Sequence record: OW967251.1
DNA from: a plasmid
Length of the DNA stretch: 64,000 bases
Strand: one strand, 5' to 3'
The notes below the pieces were generated by a model, which had not been told where the DNA came from, searched no databases, and saw only the letters and a program-made list of their open reading frames with translations. Made by a program: the position numbers and the translations under genes. This document shows positions 56,159 through 64,000 of this stretch, piece by piece (the first letter of the stretch is position 1; each line of letters opens with the position of its first letter).

Positions 56159-58467
56159 CAGAAGTTCCCCCCAATCTCGACATCATCCTGCTCATCGTGG
56201 CGGTGGCTGTGGTTGATATTGACCTCTTCACGCCGCTGCATATCCCGCTGCGTCTGCTCATCAGCCCAAGCGTCATACGCCTGCATGTCTTCAATCACAC
56301 CGTCCTCGTTCATGCCGGCCGGCAGCATGTCCTGCCCCTGCTCTGCGGACTGCTGCGCCAGCTCCTGTTCTGTCCCGCCTGCAGCTGCTGCAGGGATACC
56401 GGCAGAGGACGCTGTTGAGGCAGCAGCGGCCGCTGCGGCTGCTTTTGGTTTGATCAACGGTACGGTCGTGACCCGCAGGACGGGCGGCTCCGTTGCTCTG
56501 ACGGAAGGTTCCGCTGCCGGCATCTTCGTTGTCGGCGGCGCTTTTACCGGTGCCGGAGATACTGTCATGTCTGCTGGGGCAGGCTGACTGACCGGCTCAG
56601 GCTGTTCTCCGGCGTGACTGTCTGTATCAGCCGGCCCCGATGCCGGCGCATCCGGCGTGAAAAGTGCCCTGGCAAGACTCCCTTCAGCTTCCCGCTCTTC
56701 AAGCAGCGCACTGAGCCGGGCGTCTACACGCGTATCGAGTCGGCGCGGAATAAATCCCTCGGTAATTTTCGGACGCGGCTTGTATTTGAGGGCCAGCTTC
56801 ACGGCCGGATACGGTCCGGGCAGCGTGACGTAACAGGACAGGTCCGGCAGCGTCTGAATATCGGAGTAACTGACCAGGGTTTCCCGCTCTTTTTCTTTCC
56901 CGGTCGATACACCATCACGCACCGGGTCAGCACCGTAGGAGTACTGCTCGCTGGCCTTGAGGATTTCCTTTTCGCCAATTTCACCGGCAGCAAACTCCGC
57001 GATCTCCCTGCTGGGTGAACGGAAGAAGGCCCGGGTGTTCATTACGTCAAAGAGCGTGGCGGCAGGCTTAACGCCATAGATGTCTTCCAGCTGGGCATAG
57101 GACTGAATACCGAACACATAACAACCACCAAATTTACGCGCCTCCGGGAGGATTTCGACCAGGTCCGGCAGCTTGTGCAGCGTGGGGAGCTCGTCAGCGA
57201 AAATCCAAACACGCCGGTTACGGTTCTCCCCCATCGCCAGCAGGCCGCGGATAGCAATCGACAGCCACATTGAGATAACCGGCTTCAGGGAGGCATGGGT
57301 GTCAGCGTTGGAGGAGATAAACAACCAGCCATTGGGTCGGTCCTCACGGACACCCCGCATCCAGTCCCGGATAGTGAATGGCTCGCCGTTCTTCTCAATG
57401 CCCTGCAGGTAGCGAATAGCCTTGACGTAGTTGGTCAGCACGGCACGAATGGAGATGGCCGTTTTCTCAATTTTCTCTTCAACCAGGTTCGCTGCCGGCG
57501 TGTTCTGCAGATAGGCGCGCAGCTTGTCGATTTTAATGGACAGCATGGTATCGACCAGTTTCTCGTAGCTGCGATCCTTGTCTTCACGCATCAGGTACGC
57601 GCCTTCGGCAAAGATAGTGCGACCGGAACCCTGCCAGAACGGGTCTTCTTTGGTACCCATCGGGATAAGGGTGTTGGAGATGTTGTCGAAGTCCGGCAGC
57701 GTCAGGCACTCTTTCCACAAATCCCAGGCCGCGCAGCGCGAGTCCAGCGGGTTGAGGATTTTATCCAGTGACGGGTCGTAATAGCTTTTGACGAACTCAC
57801 AGGAGCGATCGTAAATGATGGCCATATCGCCCCGGGCACGCACGTAGTTCAGTAGCCGGCGGATCACTTCTGATTTACCGGAACCCACGGTACCGTGGAG
57901 GCAGAAGTTCTGGATTTCGGAGTTTTTAAGAATAGGCAGGTCGCCAATTTTAATATCGGAGGCCATACCATCACGCTTCATCTGACGGGCCACTTCCTTG
58001 GGCTTATCGGAAAGCTGGCGCCCGCCGGTATTCTCATCCTCACTCTGCTGTTTCCCCTGGCGGCCCAGCACCCAGCTGGCGATGAAGAACGTCACGATAC
58101 AGATGACAAGAGAAACCACGGCAGCAAAGACGAAACCGGTCCACAGCTGCTCTCCGCACCAGATAGTATATTTATCGGCCAGGATTTGTTCTGAGGTATA
58201 TTCCAGAGACTGGCCGTAATACTGAATGGTGTATACCGGCTGGGAACGAATAATATCGCGCATCGGACCCAGCGTCGTACACCACCAGTATACGCAGCCG
58301 TTCACAAAGGTTTGCCAGCTAAGCCTATACATCAGCATCAGCCCGCACAGCACCCAGAATAAAATAAACAGCACGTAGAAAATAATATTGGCAATCTGAC
58401 CAAACATGCGAAAGCGCATATTGGCGATCTGACCGCCCTGCGTCATATCTTTGGCATTGAAACTCAT
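56158..58467 (-). CDS. traD: Type IV coupling protein TraD
   Basis: 769 aa with N-terminal TM helices, Walker A GTVGSGKS and a C-terminal Q/P-rich extension. Confidence 0.95.
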   Translation of the reverse strand: MSFNAKDMTQGGQIANMRFRMFGQIANIIFYVLFILFWVLCGLMLMYRLSWQTFVNGCVYWWCTTLGPMRDIIRSQPVYTIQYYGQSLEYTSEQILADKYTIWCGEQLWTGFVFAAVVSLVICIVTFFIASWVLGRQGKQQSEDENTGGRQLSDKPKEVARQMKRDGMASDIKIGDLPILKNSEIQNFCLHGTVGSGKSEVIRRLLNYVRARGDMAIIYDRSCEFVKSYYDPSLDKILNPLDSRCAAWDLWKECLTLPDFDNISNTLIPMGTKEDPFWQGSGRTIFAEGAYLMREDKDRSYEKLVDTMLSIKIDKLRAYLQNTPAANLVEEKIEKTAISIRAVLTNYVKAIRYLQGIEKNGEPFTIRDWMRGVREDRPNGWLFISSNADTHASLKPVISMWLSIAIRGLLAMGENRNRRVWIFADELPTLHKLPDLVEILPEARKFGGCYVFGIQSYAQLEDIYGVKPAATLFDVMNTRAFFRSPSREIAEFAAGEIGEKEILKASEQYSYGADPVRDGVSTGKEKERETLVSYSDIQTLPDLSCYVTLPGPYPAVKLALKYKPRPKITEGFIPRRLDTRVDARLSALLEEREAEGSLARALFTPDAPASGPADTDSHAGEQPEPVSQPAPADMTVSPAPVKAPPTTKMPAAEPSVRATEPPVLRVTTVPLIKPKAAAAAAAASTASSAGIPAAAAGGTEQELAQQSAEQGQDMLPAGMNEDGVIEDMQAYDAWADEQTQRDMQRREEVNINHSHRHDEQDDVEIGGNF

Positions 58468-58826
58468 GGCACTAATCCGTCAGTAAATTATTAGGGTCGA
58501 AAGGACAAATCAATCAGCGAAAACAAACCTCACGGCGTTGCAGGGAATAAGCCTCCCCCATAGCAGGGTGTGGATAAATATCGCCAGGCATCAGTTTATG
58601 TGTTTCAAGAGACATGACAGGTTCAGATATTGCCATAAATAACCTCTATTCAAATAAAGACGAAAAGATTCCGCCGAAGGCGGCAACGCCTCACAGATGC
58701 ACAAATAAATTGCGCAACTGTTCACCGTTCAGATCTGGAATTCATAGATTATTTGACGAATTAATTCTGACACACCAGAAAGGGGATGCCAGTATGGCCC
58801 GGGGACCGGGCCGTGGAATAGAAAGC

Positions 58827-59558
58827 TTACAGAATATTAGCGATCGATTTTGCCAGCTGGTCTTCAAGAACAGGCTGGGCTTCAGGGAACTTGAGGTTAA
58901 CTTTATTAGCGTTAGAGACGACGCGAGTCTGGTATTTGTGCTGATTACCCGTTTCAGTACTTGTCTGCACTTTTGCGCCGGATGTTCCCTGACGTAATAC
59001 GGCCACGTTATCAGTCTGAACCTGAGTTTTGGTTCTTTCCGCGATCTGAACATCGGTGATCATGGTGTAGTTCACATCTTCCACCATCGCGTCAGCAGCC
59101 ATACCAACCAGACCGGCTGCAAGTCCTACACCCAGAGTCGCCCCTGCAGAACTGGAGTTGTAAGCGGTAATCCCTGCCCCTAAAGCGGCGCCAGTCACAG
59201 CGCCCTCATAACCCCGGCTTAACCAGCCCTGAGACTCACGAAGGTCCATTTTATCGGCCTTAAGCACGTTCGCCTGGATCCAGTAGCCCGCCGTATCCGG
59301 GTTACTGACGACCTGATATCCCTTTGAAGTGACGGCGCTGGCAATTTTTGCCTGCAGGCCACTCATATCCTTATCGGAGGTATTTTTGATTTGCAGATAA
59401 ACCGTCTTATTATTTGAAGGTTCCAGCCAGATTGTTTCGCTCATCTGGGTTTTTACTTCCAGATTTCTCTTTTTAATGGCGGTTCCCATTGCACTACATC
59501 CAGATAACACCAGCGCAGAGCTGACGACCATCACAGCCATGACTTTATTAAGCTTCAT
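58827..59558 (-). CDS. traT: Surface-exclusion / serum-resistance lipoprotein TraT
   Basis: Start MKLNKV... with a lipobox LSGC. It is highly similar to F TraT. Confidence 0.9.
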   Translation of the reverse strand: MKLNKVMAVMVVSSALVLSGCSAMGTAIKKRNLEVKTQMSETIWLEPSNNKTVYLQIKNTSDKDMSGLQAKIASAVTSKGYQVVSNPDTAGYWIQANVLKADKMDLRESQGWLSRGYEGAVTGAALGAGITAYNSSSAGATLGVGLAAGLVGMAADAMVEDVNYTMITDVQIAERTKTQVQTDNVAVLRQGTSGAKVQTSTETGNQHKYQTRVVSNANKVNLKFPEAQPVLEDQLAKSIANIL

Positions 59559-59747
59559 CCTGAATCCTTGTGACATAATCAATACGAGTAAATACACATT
59601 CTCTTATGATTTCGGAATGCGCATTCACTATATGCGAATTTTAAGCGAGATGTAAAAACCAATAACAACCTAGACAGATAATAATAACCAAAAGAAATTT
59701 TTAGTCTGTTAATAAACCACCATAATTGATAGGTCGCTTCTGGATGA

Positions 59748-60278
59748 TTACCCCCCCAACTTTTCCGCTCGGAAAGAGTTTATTGCAGAGGTGAGCAATG
59801 ATAGCTGATAGCGTCCAAAATCCAGATTCATGACAAAACCAAAAAAAACAGACGTTAAAATAACCATAAATGCAAAAGAAAATGGCGTGTCATAAACCAC
59901 TCTATTACAAATAGCTAATAACATAATCACTGCCATGTACACAACAGCATAAATCAAAACCTTCTTAGAAAAAAAGCGATATATATTCGATTTTTCTCTA
60001 AAGTTTTTAGGAACTGACAAAAAGAGAGAGCGTGAACTGGCAATACCTAGGAGCATAATGATACTGACCCCGACAGGAAAAACCAAAACATGAAATATAT
60101 ACTTTCCGGTCAAATAAACAGCATCCACACTAATTACAGCGCAAAGCATATTCCATGCAACTAACACTACGCCAGGCCAAAGGCACTTCCAAAAAGATGG
60201 AATTTCAGTCTTCCCTTGTGAAAGTAGATTTTTCAGCTCCTCCACTTCCTCAATAAGTAGTTTGTTCGTAATCATCAT
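59748..60278 (-). CDS. traS: Entry-exclusion inner-membrane protein TraS
   Basis: 176 aa hydrophobic protein in the traG-traS-traT position. The sequence is variable, as expected for TraS. Confidence 0.6.
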   Translation of the reverse strand: MMITNKLLIEEVEELKNLLSQGKTEIPSFWKCLWPGVVLVAWNMLCAVISVDAVYLTGKYIFHVLVFPVGVSIIMLLGIASSRSLFLSVPKNFREKSNIYRFFSKKVLIYAVVYMAVIMLLAICNRVVYDTPFSFAFMVILTSVFFGFVMNLDFGRYQLSLLTSAINSFRAEKLGG

Positions 60279-60280
60279 TT

Positions 60281-63130
60281 TTACCTTTTACCATCAAGAT
60301 AATCCTTTTGAATTTTCGCCGCTTTTGCCTCTAACTCAGTAGGCGAGTCAGCTCCTGGTAAAGATTTCACCTTACTCTTTCTTTCATTATAATCACCTTT
60401 AAACTCATTTGCTTTTGTTTTATGGTCCTTTTCCATTTCAGTATTCTCATTTTTCACCTCTGCGCCTTGCCGTTGTATGTTTTCGCGGGTTTCCTGCTGC
60501 TGTTGTTTATTCTCTGTAATCATCCCACCAACTTTCTGATCCACATTATCCTTAATACCCGCATCTTGCGTCATAGCATCGATACGACCAGAATTTTGTC
60601 GGTAGTCGGCCATTACCGATCCATTGTCACCACCACCTGACACCCCAGCCATATTCTGTCCAATGCTTTCACGACCCTGTTGATACGCAGCATCAACCCT
60701 GGGTTCTACCTGCTCTTTGACGAATTCACGCGCCAGGGCTTCACGCTGCGCCGCAATTTCAGGAGAACTGGTATTGGTCAGAATGGCCTCTGCATCCTGT
60801 GGAGCACGATGCTGAACAAAGTTCGCAAACTGCTGAGTCAGGTTTTCGTTCATCTGGCCAGTCATGCTCTCTGTGCGTGACGCCATCTCACTGTACTCAT
60901 GGCTGCGTGTCCGGCTGCTTGTATACTGGTCATAGCTGTTTTTGGCACTGGAGAGTGACGCGGCAAACTGGTCAACACGCGAGCTGGCATTATTATCGGT
61001 AATGTTGCCCGATGTGGTGGTTTTGCGGCTGGTAAAGTAATCGGATGCTTCCTTAAAGTCTTTGGCCGCCTGACTACTGGTATCATGTCGGCTGTCATTC
61101 GATTCACGACCGGAAGTGCCAACATTATCTGTGTTACCCGAGCTGTGGGTCCAACCCGCACTGCCTTTAACTCCGGCCTCAGCAGATAACCCAGTTCCCC
61201 ATTTACCTAGCTTACCAAACAGCTGATCCCCTGAACTCCACTTACCAGATCCGTATAAATCAACGCCCTGCGTACTTTTAGCTGAATCATCCATCAACTG
61301 CTGGAAAGACTCCTCATTACTGATGTTGTTGGCTTTCGCATTAGCAACAACCGCATTCCACATCTTGCTTCTGGCCATCGAGTCCTGCGAAGACTCGGTA
61401 GTATCAGCTCCGGTCGTTGTTGAGGCGCTGTTCCCTTTATTGGTACCAAATTGCTGCAGACTATTCCAGGCACTTGTCACGCTGCTGTTATAGCCATGCA
61501 GCGCGCTTTCGGCCTGGACATCAGCCTCACGGGCCATCTGTTGCTGCGCACTGGCTATCTGACGACCGACGTTGATATCCACCGGCAGTTTTGACATTGC
61601 ACCACCACTGTCCCAGACCATCGATCCATCCCTCGTCTGCGTGCTAATGCCCCCATTCGCCAGCTGCCGTGACATCTGTCCGAAACTGGTTGTACTGTTG
61701 GTACCCCAGCTGTAGCCGCTGACGTTCTCCATCTGCATGTTGGCGAAAGAGTAATTGCCGTCCACCACGCCGGAGGCAGCCTGCGATGTTGCACTGAGCC
61801 CCGATGAAGAAAAATGGCTGTAGGCACTGGAGAAGGCTGCTCCCATGCTCTTCACGATCCCCCACGACAAAGGCGGTATCATCACGGCAATATAGCCCGC
61901 GGTGGTCGCAATATCCGAGTTTTTGAGCTGAACCTGCGACAACTCAGAGAGAACGACTGGGACGCCATTTTGCTTCGCATAGTAGGCCATTGCGCTGTTC
62001 AGGATGGCGAACAGTAATGGCCACGTCTGCAGCCAGATAAGCGCAAACACATACCCCTTTAGCACCTGCAGAGTCATCATATTAAACATGGCGGCCATCA
62101 CCATGATCGGGAACATCCCAATCATTATCCCCATGATAACGGTCTGCATCAGCGGAAGTGTGCGAAGCGCCTGGTGCCCCATTGTGGCCTGTGCCAGCCG
62201 CTGCTTTTCAAGGGATGATGTGTTAGCCATATTGACCAGACTGGCGGTGTCCCCGCTGCGGGCCGCATAACTCTGGATCCCACTGCGCAGGGCGTTCATC
62301 GTGACGTTCTGGCGGATAATCTGCCCGGCGCTCTGTCCCGAGCTGTAGAAGTAATTGTAGCTGTCGCCAATCATCTGGCTGAAAAGCAGATCGGGATTAG
62401 GTTTGCCGCCAAACAGCTGACGAACATAGTAGTTCCAGGTTTTACCGCCTGTCTGAGTATCCAGCACGAGAGCCGATTTCAGATCCCGTGAGGCCTCCTC
62501 GCATGTCTGGAACTGGTTGTTTTTGTCAAACACGCCACGCAGTGGACTCGGGTTTGCAAAAATCAGGGTATACGGATCAGGTGAATTCAGTAATTCCTCA
62601 AAAGAGTACTTATGATTGAGGAAAATATCGCCCATCACACAGTTTTGTACGTAATCGGAAAACAGCGTCGTAATCTGAGGATTTTGTGACAAAAAATCCG
62701 TACTTTTCGCGACCAGATTACTGCCAAATAACATCCCCGTTTTACTGTACGTGACACTGTCCGGCAGAGCGAAGACCATCTCATAACTCTGGATAAGCGC
62801 GTTTCCTGCCCGTGTTGTCAGCGACGCCGGAATCGCCAGACCAATAGGCACATTATCGACTTCATAGACCTGCGCAACGTTACTGTAATCGATGATCTGC
62901 ACAGGGGTACGAATGACAACCAGCATAGAGACCAGGGTGAGGGAAAAGACCCAGCCAATAAGGTCCATTACGTTGTGTTTTTTTACCCAGTTCCCCGCCA
63001 CAATGAGTACCGAGATGGCGATACACATCTTTTCTATAGTCGACCATGTGCTGGTCCCCATAAACGCCGCAATCGCGTTCAGGTTGCCCCGTAACCAGTC
63101 GCCGCCAGCAATGGCATATATCTCAAGCAT
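60281..63130 (-). CDS. traG: F-type TraG (mating-pair stabilisation; N-terminal VirB6-like region)
   Basis: 949 aa. The N-terminus MLEIYAIAGGDWLRGNLNAIAAFMG matches F TraG. Confidence 0.9.
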   Translation of the reverse strand: MLEIYAIAGGDWLRGNLNAIAAFMGTSTWSTIEKMCIAISVLIVAGNWVKKHNVMDLIGWVFSLTLVSMLVVIRTPVQIIDYSNVAQVYEVDNVPIGLAIPASLTTRAGNALIQSYEMVFALPDSVTYSKTGMLFGSNLVAKSTDFLSQNPQITTLFSDYVQNCVMGDIFLNHKYSFEELLNSPDPYTLIFANPSPLRGVFDKNNQFQTCEEASRDLKSALVLDTQTGGKTWNYYVRQLFGGKPNPDLLFSQMIGDSYNYFYSSGQSAGQIIRQNVTMNALRSGIQSYAARSGDTASLVNMANTSSLEKQRLAQATMGHQALRTLPLMQTVIMGIMIGMFPIMVMAAMFNMMTLQVLKGYVFALIWLQTWPLLFAILNSAMAYYAKQNGVPVVLSELSQVQLKNSDIATTAGYIAVMIPPLSWGIVKSMGAAFSSAYSHFSSSGLSATSQAASGVVDGNYSFANMQMENVSGYSWGTNSTTSFGQMSRQLANGGISTQTRDGSMVWDSGGAMSKLPVDINVGRQIASAQQQMAREADVQAESALHGYNSSVTSAWNSLQQFGTNKGNSASTTTGADTTESSQDSMARSKMWNAVVANAKANNISNEESFQQLMDDSAKSTQGVDLYGSGKWSSGDQLFGKLGKWGTGLSAEAGVKGSAGWTHSSGNTDNVGTSGRESNDSRHDTSSQAAKDFKEASDYFTSRKTTTSGNITDNNASSRVDQFAASLSSAKNSYDQYTSSRTRSHEYSEMASRTESMTGQMNENLTQQFANFVQHRAPQDAEAILTNTSSPEIAAQREALAREFVKEQVEPRVDAAYQQGRESIGQNMAGVSGGGDNGSVMADYRQNSGRIDAMTQDAGIKDNVDQKVGGMITENKQQQQETRENIQRQGAEVKNENTEMEKDHKTKANEFKGDYNERKSKVKSLPGADSPTELEAKAAKIQKDYLDGKR

Positions 63131-64000
63131 TACAGATTCCCCCCAAAATGATAGTTATTCTGGTAGCGGGTCATCATGCGGGCAGAGACCTGCTGGCGCA
63201 TGTAACTCATTTGCCTGTCAACCACAAGCAAGGCGTCCTGCTGAACCTGAACACGGGACTGAAAAGCGGCAATCTGGACACTCGCCTGATTGAGGTTTTC
63301 CATGATCATATCCATTGTCGACTGGGGATAATTACCGGTTGAAATCATCGCCCGGGCCTGCTGGATAAGTTCCTGAATGTACTGCAGCAGGATGTCGTAG
63401 CCGATATAGTCCGTCAGCTGGTAAATAAGTGAGTTAGACACCCCGAGCATCTGCGGATCGACCAGGTATTTGAATACCGGAATGGTGGTGCTGGAGATAA
63501 ACCCTTTCTCCTGATCCGTCAGTTTTTCATCAGCCACTGCTTTATTCTGGATACTGCTTAACAAAGCGGAAATCTGGCTTTTTAGCGCTTTACTGGAAGT
63601 GATGGTCACGGTCGCATCAGCAACGACCTTAAGACACTTATCCGAATCATTGCAGTGGTAGATTTTAGCCGTGCCGCCCTCCATCATGGCTCTAATCAGA
63701 TCCTGGTCAGTGGTGCGTGCCGGCAGCGGCGTGATTTCACTGTTCTCCCCGAAAATCAGCGTACCGGTGAGCGTCATGATGAATTCCTTCAGCTCCTTAT
63801 TGCCGTCGAAGAGCCGGTTCTTCGATAAGGCATTCCACATGATGTTGATGTTTTTCATCACACGTTCTTTGTCTTTATCGCTGGCCTTATCCTGGACGCT
63901 GTCCATCTTGCCGCCCACCGTACAACCCTGGCGCGACGCGGCCCAGTCCGAAAAGATATTGCTTTCACCGGCAATGTCCTGGCAGACCTTTTGTTGAGCG
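63130..64000 (-). CDS. traH: TraH, C-terminal part (the gene continues beyond the window edge)
   Basis: Located upstream of traG in the F gene order. The frame stays open to the window edge. Confidence 0.7.
   Translation of the reverse strand, partial: AQQKVCQDIAGESNIFSDWAASRQGCTVGGKMDSVQDKASDKDKERVMKNINIMWNALSKNRLFDGNKELKEFIMTLTGTLIFGENSEITPLPARTTDQDLIRAMMEGGTAKIYHCNDSDKCLKVVADATVTITSSKALKSQISALLSSIQNKAVADEKLTDQEKGFISSTTIPVFKYLVDPQMLGVSNSLIYQLTDYIGYDILLQYIQELIQQARAMISTGNYPQSTMDMIMENLNQASVQIAAFQSRVQVQQDALLVVDRQMSYMRQQVSARMMTRYQNNYHFGGNL

Noticed and set aside
50897-58467. Numerous 60-300-aa ORFs on the plus strand inside traI and traD, for example 52277-52936 and 53663-54550
   Set aside because: All are antisense to long, well-supported tra genes. 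Their composition is the Arg/Pro/Ala-rich signature of reverse-frame GC-rich DNA.

Overview
This window reads as a mosaic segment of an F-like IncFII conjugative plasmid from an enterobacterium, most likely Klebsiella or Escherichia. The plasmid backbone lies at 42.0-64.0 kb on the minus strand: IncFII oriR, repA1, tap/copA, repA2(copB), an HKD nuclease (nuc), finO, traX, traI, traD, traT, traS, traG and the 3' part of traH. A long run of cargo modules sits upstream of the backbone, separated by IS scars. (1) A hxsB-hxsC-hxsA 'His-Xaa-Ser' locus encodes two radical-SAM/SPASM maturases and a secreted (HxS)5-repeat precursor with a peptidoglycan-binding domain. (2) A complete IS66-family element has a frameshifted tnpC, and a divergent partial IS66 3' end abuts it. 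(3) An amiC-amiR (ANTAR) regulated operon encodes a Dpp-like ABC importer and an acetamidase/formamidase-family hydrolase. (4) IS21 and IS903 scars precede an intact fecIRABCDE ferric-citrate system. (5) A truncated IS66 and an EAL-domain pseudogene follow the fec genes. (6) A Zn-ADH/quinone oxidoreductase gene is followed by an E. coli-like lacI-lacZ-lacY with its CAP site, -35/-10 and O1 operator recognisable. lacA is absent, and a frameshifted IS903-like element sits there instead. (7) A low-GC three-gene operon at 35.4-41.2 kb encodes a membrane-anchored TerB-N/TerB/TerB-C protein, a DUF2791/BrxD-like P-loop ATPase and an Lhr/BrxHI-like SF2 helicase. This is a Shango-like candidate anti-phage defence system and the most interesting element in the window. 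(8) A colicin-E9/klebicin-type DNase bacteriocin gene is paired with an Im9-like immunity gene, and no lysis gene was found beside them. A ~340-360 bp non-coding segment occurs twice in direct orientation (3.4 kb and 41.5 kb), bracketing about 38 kb of cargo, and the first copy is cut by the IS66 insertion. No CRISPR array, rRNA or tRNA was found.
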